A stretch of 64,000 nucleotides of DNA from Camelus ferus. Taxonomy: Eukaryota. Numbering within the stretch: position 1 is the first letter of the stretch; every line of letters starts with the position of its first letter. A model generated the notes under the pieces. That model did no database searches, was not told the DNA's origin, and worked only from the letters and a program-made list of their open reading frames with translations. The DNA is taken from NCBI RefSeq assembly GCF_009834535.1, contig NC_045697.1, forward strand, positions 111,044,001-111,108,000. Direction: 5' to 3'. Below, piece after piece: positions 11,921 to 24,564 of this stretch. Position numbers and translations under genes: made by a program.

Positions 11921-14900
11921 TAAAAATTAATGCTAGTTTAATTTTCACATATCATGTTACTTGAGCTTGTCATAATCAGTCTTGAATTAACTTATGGTTT
12001 AGAGATGATCAAAGTTGACAGTATAGAATAAATTACAGAACATATGCAATGACACACTCTTCACTAGCAAATAGGAGAGAAAAATGAAATCTATTGCTGC
12101 TGGATGTTACATGACTGCTGGTAATATTTGCAGTACTAACGCGCTAACTGCGCTCTGGCAAAGAGGCATTGTTTCTTCTTATGTGATCGAGGTGCACATT
12201 TTAGGAGTCACGGTAGTCCTGGCACAAAAGGTCATGAACAAAAATTCATTTTCCTATGGTGGGCAGTCCAAAGACGCTAACACCTAGAATTCCCCTGAAT
12301 CGCTGCAGATTAATAGTGCTTTTCTGTGTGCGTGTGTGTGTGGTATGTGGTATGTGTGTTTAGTTTGTGGCTGTGTGTGGCTGTGTGCATGCAGGAAAGA
12401 GAGAGAAAGAAAAACCAGCTTTTAACCACATTCATACCTCTGGAATGGTTCTTGCCAACTTAACCACCACGACAGCTCACAGGGCAAGAATAATTTAAAA
12501 GGCCAAAAAAAAAAAAATCACTTTTGAACTGGAAGACACAAAGTTTAAGACAGAGGAAATTAATCCAGTTAAAATGTTAAAGTAACATATAATAATATTC
12601 CTGGTATATATCCTTAGATAAGAAAAAAAAAAGAATCAGTGTGTAATTTTTCATATTGTTTAAGAAAACTCACAATTAAAACATTCCATTTGACTGGCAT
12701 CATGTTAATCCAACACAAAAGGATCAATCTGAGGTCTGCATGAGCTTTCAGAGTTCAATTGGAAACATAAAAAATTAAATTTCTCATAATGAATACTGTC
12801 ATAAACAAAGTATCAGCTCTTTGTCAAGTCATAGCACAGTGATTAAGTCAAGCACTAGAGATCATATGAATAAATGAAAATTAGAGATGAAAGGAGAAGA
12901 TAAGCCTGCAGGATTTCCCAGCTTAAAAAAAATAATAATGTTGAGATTCAGCCTCCACAATAAATGAGAAGGTTAAACAAACAAACAAACAAACAAATGT
13001 CACTGAACGGTCTGTGACATTACCTTCATTGTTTGGCCCAAAAGTTATGGCATCAGACAAATGACCAGGCGTCTTGCAAGTGTAGCCTGTTTTGAAATTG
13101 TTGCCCAGTATTGGGCCTGCACCACTTTTCAGTACGCTTAACGTCTGATAAAGTTTTTTAAACTCTAAAATGAATTATGAAAATGAATACTAATATTAAA
13201 GAGCAAACTCTATTCTGGTTAAGTGTCCAGATTATATACGGTACAGAAACCACAAAACAGGATTATTCTGGCACTAAGAGGTTATTGAGTACTAGCTGTG
13301 CAGTTAAATTTTCTTGAATATAATATTAATATCATTATTGCCATTTTACGATATTTCAAAACACAAACACATCTGGCCTTCCCTTGCAGCTCCACCTGGT
13401 CTCCTTGGGAAACGGAGTCCTGGCATAACTTGGGATCAGCCAGAATCAGCCTTCACCTTGAATTCCTGAGATCCACGCAGGTGTTACTACCCTTTTCTGG
13501 TCTGGGGGCTGAGCCTCCAGGCGGTGGCCCTCGGGCTCTCACTAGGCCACAGGGAGAAAGTATGTCGTCACTTTTGCCTTCCTCGGGGCCTCTCAGGGAC
13601 TCTGACACCCCCTGATTGTCTGGAGCCCTTGAGAACAAGTTACTGCTTAGCCCAGAATTAGATACTACGGACTTGGGAGATGAGAAGGTGACCTGTTTTC
13701 AGAATTCTCCCCTAAGTAAGGTGCTTTAAGCCTACATTTTCCTGGACAATTAGGCAGTTATGGTTGTATATAGTCCATATATTCTATTGGCATTAAACAA
13801 CTCTGCTGCAAATACGTTGAATAGCACCTTGCTCTTAATAGGCTGGTTAAAAAAAAAGGATTAAAACACTTCCTCCGACATTTCAGAGAAATGGGAATTT
13901 TTCTCATGGTTTTATTAATGTGTGTGACAATATGTACTATATTCATTGTATGTGCATCTTATATTAATATGTATATCAAAATAGTATTTAAATGTATATT
14001 TATATATTGAAAATGTCTCACAATTTGTTGTAATTTAATAGCTTAATAGACGAAAACCAATCTTGTTTTAATTTAACTTAATGAACTTTAATTTAACTTT
14101 AATTTAACTTAACTTCTTTACTCTGTTGTTCAGTCCATTTGGTCCATCTTGGAAAAACGGGGACTCTTCAAATAATTGTTCTCGACTTCCACATGTTTTG
14201 CTAAGTTCTCACTCAGAAAAAATTTTCTAGCTAATATATAAGTATCCAGTAGTAAATATCAATTCATCTCCACAGTTTGTCAGATTACATCACTTTTCTT
14301 TTTTAGATTATGATAGAAATACACTGTTTTCTGGTGATGAAAACTGACTAAATCCCTTTTGGAAGAATTGATACTAATGATTGCTCCAAAACTGGCAAAT
14401 TTGAAGCCACGAGCTTCTGACGTAGGTGAAGACAATGGCTAATTCAATATGTGCATGCAGAGAAAGACAGGGACAAAGACAGATTCAGGCACACAGAGAC
14501 AAAAAGAGATACAGAGACACAGAAGGAGGATCAGAGAGTGAGACAGTGGCACAGAGAGAGTGAGTTTTGGCATAATAAAAACACATTTTCAAAAACTTAT
14601 TTTTTTTAATTTGTGTATGACAAAATAGAGAAGATTTAAAAATTGACAAAAATCACTTGGGATTCCTGAAAAAGCCCAAGTGATTCCAATTCAAAATTAA
14701 TTGCGATTTTCCTGGGAAAAGTTTTCTCGAAAGAGTTATCACTAATTGGGATTGTTTGAGTGAATATTATTTTGTTTAGTTTTTAATTTGTTTATTAAAT
14801 TTTGAAGGTCATCTTAAGAAACCACAGCTGGGAGGAAAGTAATTTATAATAATGTCATGTGTTTGGTAGACACACAATAAATACTGACTGATGATAAATC

Positions 14901-15409
14901 CATACCATATGAATTTGGTTGAATTGCTGAGAACAGAAAGTCAATTATCCCTCTTTCTTGTTTTGTTGTCTTGGCTATATGTAATTTATTGACTTTTTAA
15001 GGAATAACAGCAAGCCTAACTTTTCTTTCCATGTAGGAAAGCAGACTTTTTTTGCGATCTGCAGAACACAGAACATCCAAACAGATTCACGTAACTAGCC
15101 ATCCCCGTAGATTTGAAAGTGTATGTGTTCACTTGTGTGTGTGCTTGTGTGAGTGCATGTGTGTTTGTAGTAAGTAGCCTCGTCAGGAAGAGCTGTGTGG
15201 CTGACATAGAGAAGACAGCCAGTTAATCTTCAGGCAATTTTCAGAAACTTCCTTGTGCTCCTCTAGGGCTTTCAAGACGATGGTTTTGTTTTGAGATCAA
15301 TGGCTACATTTTGGTCCGGGAAGGTCTAATAAACAACACATGATCCAAATGAATGTATGTGCCTTTAAAAAATATTTTGCAATATTCTTTTTTTTTTTTT
15401 CCCCTCAAG

Positions 15410-15549
15410 TAGTCAAGACACAAATGATTTAAACCAGAAGTTAACCCTGCAGATGAAACCTACTGAATATTTGGCTCTGGATGACTTGAAAATACAAAGT
15501 TTATCTTGTGAACATGGCCAGTGATAACAAATTGATCTAGGCAACCCAG
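15410..15549 (+). other. Candidate exon (non-coding or UTR-like)
   Basis: Long T-run plus CCCCTC polypyrimidine tract, tandem AAG/TAG acceptor and CAG|GTAAGG donor. All three frames contain a stop before the donor. Confidence 0.3.
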
Positions 15550-16407
15550 GTAAGGAAAGAAAGAAGACAAATGAGAGGTGTCACTTGAAAAATCTTACAT
15601 AGCAGTTACTTCCACCCTTCCCATCTCCGCTCACAAAAACTTTTTTTCAAAAATGTGGGCTTTATTTAAAATTGTTGAGGACTGATCAGTATTGCAACAG
15701 GAAAACTTTTTTTCACAAATGTGATTGGAGCCCTAAAGCCCAAATGGAGGTGATACCACAGAGTACAGTTCCCTGATGCTACTGGAGAAAAAAGCAATTG
15801 ATTTTAAAGTATTTTTTTTTAATCTTAGTATCTATGACAAAATGTCAAGTTTTATCAAATGTTAAATGTCACTTCTTTAAACCTATGGCTTTGAATTGTT
15901 ACTGTTTTATTAAAAGTTATCAGTGTGGCCTAGATTAGTGATATGAATTGTTATTTTGCATTATGGTTTGACAAGTACCTCTATGTCTTATTACTTAAAG
16001 AAAAATAGATATTGTTTAAATAGCTCTTTTATTAGAATAAAAATGTTAAGTAATAGGAGCAGTAATTCATCCAGAGTATATTTTATTGATTAATAACAGG
16101 TTCTTTTCCTTTTTTAAGCAAGCCGTTTCCTTTTAGATTAAAAGTATTGAGTTGTTTTTCTTTTTTAAATAAAGCCCGGTGCTTTATTGCAGTTTTAGTC
16201 TTTTATTGCTTTTTGTAAATGACCATCCCTGAATTAGTAGTTTGTATGTCAATGTGCTATTTAGATTACATATATGTAGTATCTGGGATTTCTCAAAGAG
16301 ATAATGAATTAAAGTTGTTATAGGAGAAAGAATTTGGAGTTTCTGATAGTCCTCAAATTTGAATACAATTTTAATATACCTTTTCTCTTATTGTACTTAT
16401 CTTTCAG

Positions 16408-16422
16408 AACTCTGGTTGACAG
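16408..16422 (+). other. Candidate 15-nt microexon AACTCTGGTTGACAG
   Basis: ccttttctcttattgtacttatctttcAG acceptor and CAG|GTAAGA donor. Splice signals only; no expression evidence. Confidence 0.3.
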
Positions 16423-17432
16423 GTAAGAAAGCAGTGGTGAAAGAGGTAAATTAGAAAATTCTATTGCTTGTGACTTCTTAATAAATACATTCTTGTTATG
16501 TTTCTAAAGAGCTTAAACACTGAAATCTAAGTAAACTTAGTTTTTTTGTCCTATTGCATGTTTTTAAAATAGAACAAGTTATATTTACCATTTTATAAAC
16601 AAGTAATATATTTTTAATATTCCAAAACCTCAAATCTGACACTCCAGAGACAGAAGCATTTTTGTATACAGGCTGAGCATAAACAAGGAAGGATACGGCT
16701 CAAATCTTTGCCTTCAAGGGTAAGCAGTTTGCACAGCATGTAGTTCCAACAGATCATATTTGCATGTCCCCTGGGAGAGAGAAGTCAGTAAATGGTGTAT
16801 CTCAGAAGTCTCCATGTATATGTTGATAATTTTACCTGTTGGTATATTGTTTCAGTTTCAAAATTTTAAGTACAAGACATTACACACATTCCCCTGTGTC
16901 ATTCCAATCTGGAAACATGACACCTTAATTCAGTGTCTTTGGCAGCTTTTAGAACTGCAAGTTTGCTCACATGTTTGCCTACGTGGCTACACACTGTTCC
17001 ATAAGGTAACATAAGATGTTTTACCCCAGGGAAATCTTTGGGTTCTAATTCAAAATAATACATCTAGTAAAGTCCTGCATTTAGTTGTAATATTCCCAGT
17101 ACCTTTTGCTAAGAGAGAAAACGTTTCACCTTGTAAAAGAGAATTTAAATATTTTTATTCTCAGACAGCACATAGCCTTTTTCAAACTTAAAAAAGAATC
17201 CAAGGCTATGATGTCCGTCAGAGATACTGAGCTATGCTCCCATCTACTGTAAAGCCTGGTTAGAATTTCCCTTAGTGGCTATAAATATTTCAGCAATTTT
17301 GAAAGTTAAAATATGTCTAAGTCAGTTGAGATTGTTGATCACTTTTAGCTGGGTTAAAATAGATCACACTTAATTAAAGCCCATAGCTTCATTATGGAGG
17401 TAACCCCTGTAATTTCAATCATAGCTACAACA

Positions 17433-17681
17433 GTAATAATAATAACTACCATTTACTGAAAGCTTGGACACTATGCTAAATCTCAGTTCATCGATACGAC
17501 AGCACCATTAGGTGGATGCTAAAATGTTCCCATTTTCTAGATAAGAAAACTGAGGTTTACAAAGGTTGAGTAATAGTCCTAGTCATAGAGCTACAGTCAT
17601 ATAGGCTGTAATTGGTTTAGTCATGACCCAAGTCTTGTCCATTCTGGAGCCTGCACTCATCACCACTGCCCTATACTGCCT
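17433..17681 (-). mobile_element. MIR SINE, near full length
   Basis: TAATAATAACTACCATTTACTGA...CCCATTTT...AAGAAAACTGAGG...CACCACTGCCCTATACTGCCT. Confidence 0.8.
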
Positions 17682-19243
17682 ATGTTCCTCATTGTAAAAA
17701 GGTTTTAAATTAACCTACAGTTCAAAATTATTTTTTAAAGAATATCTGGGTGAGTGAGAGAAGATATACTGAGAGTTGTCTGTATCTCTTATGATCAGGC
17801 ATGGAAGCTGAAGAGAAATTAAGCAAGTTTTAATGCTTAAATACAATTTAAAGTGGAGGATTTGGAGAGGAAGAAGGAAAAAAATTCATTTCCAACAAAA
17901 CCATTCCAGAAAGACCCCTTTAAACCCCCGTTTTCTGATGCGGTTTGCTGAGTGAGTGAGTGAATGCATGTGTGTGAGTGCGTGTGCATGGGTGTGTGTG
18001 TATGTGCTTGTGTTTATAGGCTGCTCAGTGAGCAACAGAGATTAAAAATTTGGCTCTGATCCATCCTGGGACATAAATTGAAACCTGGTGGGAAAACAAA
18101 CTCCATTAGAGTACAGAGTCCAGCATGGTTTTATTCGCAGGGCCAGACACAAGTCATGGCATCTTTCACATTAAAGAAAGAGGGTGCACAGAAGCAAAAA
18201 TCTGAAATTTAGACAATTGTTTACATTTAATTGAGAAACGTTCCAAAATTGTCCATGTGTGAAGGAAATCACTACTCAAGCAATATTTGTATAATACAAA
18301 TAAATTAATGTCTAATAGAGATAATTCTATTTTAATTAATCTATTTTAATCCAGTATAAATTTTAAAAAGGCCATTATTGGAGGCTGGATAGTATATAGG
18401 AAGGAAACCCAATGGGGTAAAACAAAAAGTACAGGATATTCTGAGTAGATAAGAGCTTGAGGTTGAAGTGATTCTCTGGTACTCCAGGCAGGAGCAGGGC
18501 AGGATAAAGGGCTGGAAATACTAAATATTAATACTAAACCAGAAACTAATTATAAATACATTTGTCAAAATTATTATATTTACAAAAAAAGAAAGTTTTG
18601 GTATTTATTTTGACATTTTGATATTTATTTTGAAAAATTTGATATTTATTTTACTTTATCAAATAAGAAAATGATGCCCATACTTTGCTGTTCTCCTAGC
18701 ACTGTGTAATCCAGGGCAGCGCAGGTAAGGGGACTCTGAGGATCAGAATGTCCTGGAGGACTGCAGGCTCGCTGTTAGTGGCACAGACCTCATGTTACCC
18801 AGGAGTAGAGTTTGTCCGTAGATAGGATCTTGCTTCTATAAGAAAAAGTGAGATGGAGGGCTGTGAATCGTTTGATTCTAACTGAGAAGGTGTTTGTTTG
18901 GTCATGGTTCACAATGGGGTGGATGGTATATGAGATGTGGAAGAGGATGTGTTTGTGTATCTAAGGAGTTCTCAGACTATTAAGATAAGTCAAGCCATAA
19001 TTCAAAAAATACACTATAAATTCTTTCTATGTCCTCAATAATAACTTCCATTCTTAATATACTAGTTGTTTTGTGGTTTGGTTTGTTAAAATGAAGTTTA
19101 GTGAGCCTAAACAGAAGAATTTTCTTTGTTTAAAAAAAAATCACTTTACCTACTACATACCACACTTGAAAAAATACAGAGGGGAGAAAAAGTGTTTAGT
19201 TTAATAGCATTTTCAATATGAATATTGTTACTATAATTGATTT

Positions 19244-19368
19244 GTTTTGGGAGAGGGGAAGTAATTAGGTTTATTTCTTTCTTTATGTTTAGAGGAGGTA
19301 CTGGGGGTGAACCTAGGATCTCTTGCATGCTACGCATGCACTCCACCGCTCGAGCTATTCCTTCCCCC
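19244..19368 (-). mobile_element. tRNA-Ala-derived SINE (vic-1 type)
   Basis: GGAGGTACTGGGGGTGAACCTAGG...GAGCTATTCCTTCCCC. TSD ATAA(T/C)TGATTT at 19233-19243 and 19369-19379. Confidence 0.9.
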
Positions 19369-19833
19369 ATAACTGATTTTTAATTATAAACTTTTACACA
19401 AATAAAAAGAGAGGTTTGAGTTTTACCAGGAACTTTGATCCAAACATGGTATTATATGTTTAGTTTTACTCAGAATGCTCCTAAACAGAAACTCTGTAAG
19501 ATTGCCTGGAAAACGCTCAGCATCATTTGTCTGCTGTAGTGAGAAATCTGACACCCTCTTTCTGTCCTGGAGATAATTGAGTTTAGAATAAAAACGGCTC
19601 AGGACAGCTAGACTGTCAGCCTCCAGGAAGGCAGTGATGGAAGAGTTCTCAGTAACTCGCAAGGCGTTAACCTCCCGCTGAGCTGACTCGATAGTCAGAA
19701 ATGAAGTCGATCTCAGGACAACATTGGCTGAATAGGTGCTATTTTGTTGTTCTTTTGGGGAGGAGGGGCAGGGAGGAGACAAGATTCTGTGAAATGTCTT
19801 TTAGGAAAAGGAAACGATATAAATAGGATCTCA

Positions 19834-20220
19834 TTTTTTTTTTTAATTGATGGTCAGTTTACAACGTATCAGTTTCTGGTGCACAGCATAATGTTTCAGT
19901 CATACGTACACAAATGTATATTCATTTTCATATTCCTTTTCATTATAGGTCACTACAAGATATGGAATATAGTTCCCTGTGCTACAGCATAGAAACCTGT
20001 TGTTGATCTATTTTATATATAGTAGTTAGTATCTGCAAATCTCAAACTCCCAATTTTATCCCTTCCCACCCTCTTCCTCCCTGGTAACCATAAGATTGTT
20101 TGCTATGTCTGTGAGTCTGTTTCTGCTTTGTAGATGAGTTCATTAGTGTCTCCTTTTTTCTCTTTTAAAGTCCACATATGAGTGATATCATATGGTATTT
20201 TTCGTTCTTCTTTCTGGCTG
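19834..20220 (-). mobile_element. 5'-truncated L1 3' end (lineage-specific)
   Basis: Poly-T start, highly similar to 3955-4273, extends to CCACATATGAGTGATATCATATGG. Confidence 0.92.
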
Positions 20221-20699
20221 AATTTCTTTTTAGTGTTTCATGATGATACTTTTAAAAAAAATGGGCAGTAAGGCAGCAGAGGCCTGTGTGACTTGATTTA
20301 TTTTATTTAAAAGGAGAGGTAAGAGCAGGCATCGGTTCTCGTGCACTTTGCTTTTTTCGGTCTGTTTTTGCTCTCCTTCCAGTGCCTCCACTGACTAGGT
20401 GCACGAATCCAGGGGTAAGGTTTCTAATTCACAAAGGAAGTGGGACCAGTGTCCCTTGGTGTCAGAATTGTCTGGAGAAATCATCTAAGAATTTATTCAG
20501 CACAAAGTTAGCTGGATATTAGGCACTGATTTTCTAGTCCTAGAAAAAAATGAAATTACCTTAAAAATTGAGGTATACTTCTCCAGCCCAAATTTTCTAG
20601 GTAACTCAATTTCCTGTCTTTTGAATGTGTTTTTCTCCCTGAGGAATAAAAAAGTAAACATCGGTTTTTAGATTAAGCAGGCAAGAGGAAAAAGAACTT

Positions 20700-20870
20700 A
20701 CCCTTGAGCACATCCTTCGTATACCAGGCATCGTGGTACATGCTCCCTGTATCTCACTTGATTTAATTCTCAAAAAAGAAACCTATAAATATTATAATCT
20801 ACTTTTTATGGATAAAAAAATTATAGGAACAGTTGTTTGTGTAGTGTCACACGGTTAAATTCAGAAGGCT
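20700..20870 (-). mobile_element. MIR SINE remnant
   Basis: ATACCAGGCATCGTG...ATCTCACTTGATTTAATTCTCA pattern. Confidence 0.55.
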
Positions 20871-20929
20871 TCTTTCGGAATCCACCTGATGGATTTCAAA
20901 ATTTCTCTCAACTGTGTCATATTTCACAG

Positions 20930-21011
20930 ACCAGAAGAAACAACCATTTGCTGTTTATGGACCACCGTGAAGTGACCTGCTATAGCTATGACTTAACAGA
21001 ACGAGCATTAG
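20930..21011 (+). other. Candidate 82-nt exon
   Basis: atttcacAG acceptor and TAG|GTATGT donor. One open frame, TRRNNHLLFMDHREVTCYSYDLTERAL, with no recognised homolog. Confidence 0.2.
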
Positions 21012-21516
21012 GTATGTGAATAAGGTTTTCTGCATTCCGATGCTAGATGTGAGCTAAATTTGCAACTTAAAATGATTTGATATTTTTGGCTAAATGGACA
21101 TTTGAATAATGTTAATTTGATGAGAATGTCATTATTACATTCTATAACATTGTTAGACGAACAAGCAGAACTGAAATGTCACCGCAATGCTATTTTTTTA
21201 TAATTGCTTATTTCTGCCACTGACTTCATTGTATACATTAAAAATCAGATTCTTCCAAGGTTATTCTTTTTTTGCGTATACTTTTTGTGTTTTTTCTCTT
21301 TATTGAATGCAATGCAATCACAGCTACTGCTAATATATTGTTTTGCCAACTCTTTCCAGAATCTAACCTCAAAGGGTCTATCAGGTCACTCTTAAGTGAC
21401 CCGTTAAATGTTCCGTAACATACAAATATACTAAGAAAGCAGTGTTCTCACTAAGAGTGATTCTGTCACCAATTATTTAAATAGCTGCTTTTCCCCTTCT
21501 ACCACAGCATTCTGGA

Positions 21517-21712
21517 TTTTTCTCTTCCCTTCTCTCTTCAGAGCTTTCTCTCTTTCTTCCTTCCCTCATTCCCCTTCCCCTCCCCCTTCCCTCTTCTTCC
21601 TTCTTCTTCTTTCCTCCTTTTCTCTCTCTTCTCCCCATCTGTCCCCTCTCATCTATGTCTACTTCTCTATCCCTGTCTCCTCACTTTCCATCTCTTTCTC
21701 TCTCATTCCTTC
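21517..21712. repeat. Polypyrimidine (CT-rich) low-complexity tract
   Basis: About 190 bp of near-continuous C/T. Confidence 0.9.
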
Positions 21713-22189
21713 CAGTGGTTAGGTTCTTACAACCCTGCTTTTTCCTAATTAGCACCTACAATGGGCCAGGCATTGTCCTAGGCGCTGAGCACATAAACTA
21801 CACAGGTCAGGCTTCCCTATTTCTTCTAGTAAACTTCCTCACTCCTTGAATCCTGAGCTAAAAGCCCTCTGTGAGAGCTTCCCCTGTTTCTCCCAGACAG
21901 ATATAATCCCTTTGTACTTCTTTTGAAGGAGTATAGTAATTATAGCATTTAGCTACAATGAAATCATATTAGTAAAATGAAGTTGACAGTGGCATGATGT
22001 GTGCTCTATCATAGAGAAATGAACACAAGATTATAATTTTGTGGTTGAAAATTTACAAATAGAATCTGTTAAATGTAGTTAAGAAAAAGCTGACTGTCAT
22101 CAAACCCATAACTACTCAGTCTTCATGGAGAACAGTGTTTAGGCATGTAATCACGTCGGGGGTGTTAGTCAGAGAATCCGGGGATCCCC

Positions 22190-22365
22190 GTCCAGGCCTT
22201 GGCTCTGTCCCCTCCCCTCCGAGCTGCTTCACCCTGGGCAATGAGGTGATTCCCTTGGATTCTGAGTTTCTGTACATCTGTATTCTGAACATCTGTAAAA
22301 CTGATAAGTTGTCTATGAGCTAGGCAACCCCTAATGTCCTTTCCACTTGTAAATTCTATGATTTC
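22190..22365 (+). mobile_element. MIR-family SINE remnant
   Basis: GGCTCTG...CACCCTGGGCAA...AGTTTC...ATCTGTAAAA...ATTCTATGATT. Confidence 0.6.
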
Positions 22366-23414
22366 AAGAATCTTAAATGCCCTCAAGAGAGTAAATCTTG
22401 ATGATTTATCCACCCCTATCTTATAAACTACCTTACGTCCGAATACCACCAACGTTTAGCATACCCAATTTTGTAAAGTTACTTTCTCTTACTTATTAGC
22501 TGTCTGGCTGTGGTAGGTAAGGTTTTGTTTTGCTTGGGTTTTGTTCCTGTTGCCTCATACTGTGCCTTGAAAACAATACAGTAGTTTGAATGAAGTGAGA
22601 TGAAGATAAATATTGTCCTCAAAGCAATGGTAGCCAAAGTTCAGCAAGTAGAGAGTGGGATAATGGCCCATTTCCTCTTCTGTGTAAGCATGGGTGGTAG
22701 CCAGAGGTGCTCTGTTGAATGTTGCTTCCTGTACACACTGTGTATCATTGCATGTGCTGGTCGGGCCAAATTTTAGAAAGTATGCCAAGTGGAATTTCAC
22801 ACCAGGTATGGAGGAATGGAAAGACAACAAAGTGCATTTACCTCCCCGCCCTTCACCCCATGCTCATCCTACAGCAAACGAAGACATATAGAACAAACAT
22901 CTTCAATGGAATGCAACTCTGGTTTGCCAAGCAGATGAATCAAACATCAACAGTGATTATTTTTGCCATGTATCCCAGCAGGAACTCTAGGCAGCAATAA
23001 TCAAAGCTAAGCTCCATGACTGGGGGAGTGTGTTTTCCTGCCCTCTACTGACAAAAACCCTCGTTATGACTCATCTCCCAGCTCCCAGTTATCTTTCCAC
23101 CTCAGAGCACCCTTACAGGTGTACAGCGCCTCTGTACCCCCAGGTTTAGCCCTGACTCGCAGGTAAAGCTTAGGGATTTACGAGGTGAAAAGGATCTCGC
23201 AATTTAAATGGAAGAGACGTTGGGAAAGAACTAAGCCTAACTACAGAATCATGTCAGGAAGTCAGTGCAAGAGATAGACCAGGAGGGGCCAGCAAAGGAA
23301 AGGGAGCCTCAGGAGGTTGCAGAGGTTAAGAATCACCATTTAAAAGAAAGCTCTGGCATTAATCTAACCGATGAGCAGGTGAACTGGAAAGCGACCGAAA
23401 ATGGGGGCTGCATT

Positions 23415-23560
23415 TCTTACTCTCCGTGCCTCAGTTTTCTCATCTTTACAATGGTATCCTCATGAGAGGGTTGTTATTAAAATCCAGTAAACTAATGCAA
23501 AGCAGTTAGCATTACACTTATTAAGTCATCCAGAAATATAAATGGTTATTATTAATGTGA
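23415..23560 (+). mobile_element. MIR SINE 3' half
   Basis: CTCCGTGCCTCAGTTTTCTCATCTTTACAATGG core. Confidence 0.75.
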
Positions 23561-24564
23561 TGATAATAAAGGATGGGTGATTATTTCATGAACAATGTAA
23601 GGAAAAACAGTTATTGGGGACAAGTGGCAGAATGTGGAAATAAGGAGTGTAATCATCTTAAACCACAGAAGACAAACAGTTTGGGGTGAATCCTAGTTTG
23701 ATAACGAAACAGAAAAAAGTTTTCACAAATATAGCAAAGGATAAAGTTGCTTTGATAAAGAGAAGTGAAAAATGGGAATTAGTAACAAATCTAACAATCT
23801 AACATTTTTAAGCTAAGAATTTAAAAATAAACTTTAAAAGAAATCTAAGCAAGTGTCAGAGCAACTAAAGAAAAATAAATATGGAGGTAAATGCCAAACA
23901 AAGAGAACAGGGAAATCCTGGAAACTTCTACTAGCCTGCGTAACTTCCTTCCCAGGGTTATACTCATGGAAGACATATTAGAAGAACAATTTGTAAACAG
24001 CCTGATATAGTCCAAATCTGACTGATCACGGATGGCATTTTTAAAGCCAGGTCATCCCTGTCCTCACCAGAGATACCAGTATCACTATGTGAGAAATTTC
24101 CAACGGCTGTGGGGAGAGAATTCTCTGGCAGAATCAGCTGGCTGCCTTCCATGACAGCACATCCTCTCCAGACTGAGTAAAAAAAAATTTTTTTTTCATT
24201 TCAATGAACTGAAAGTGAGTTTCGTTATGAGTTGGAGCTCTAATGCACAGTAAATAGTCAGTTATTAATCAGATTTTGTTTTTCATGAGCTTTAGAAGTC
24301 TACTGAAAAAAGTGGGCAAGAAATACATACACAGAACGGAGTAGAAGCATCTTAGAACGCAGTGTGTGTTGGGGGGTGTCTAGGCACATATATACATATA
24401 TATCATAATAGTAGTTGTTTTGGTGCTTTTGAAAAGAAAAATGGAAAGTTGGAGAAGAGGCTGAGAATAAATTGGGGAAATTAGGATTGAGAGTAAGTGC
24501 TGTCCCGTATCCACAGATATGAATCATTGTGAGAAGTGAGCTGTTTTGTTTTTCTTTTTTTACA

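Noticed and set aside
14068..14116. Short AT-rich tandem repeats (also 18600-18652 and 2995-3020) as CRISPR-like or functional arrays
   Set aside because: Only two or three degenerate slippage units with no spacers, in a eukaryotic context.
22555..23000. Overlapping 65-93 aa ORFs on both strands
   Set aside because: No recognisable protein similarity and no convincing acceptor-donor pair.
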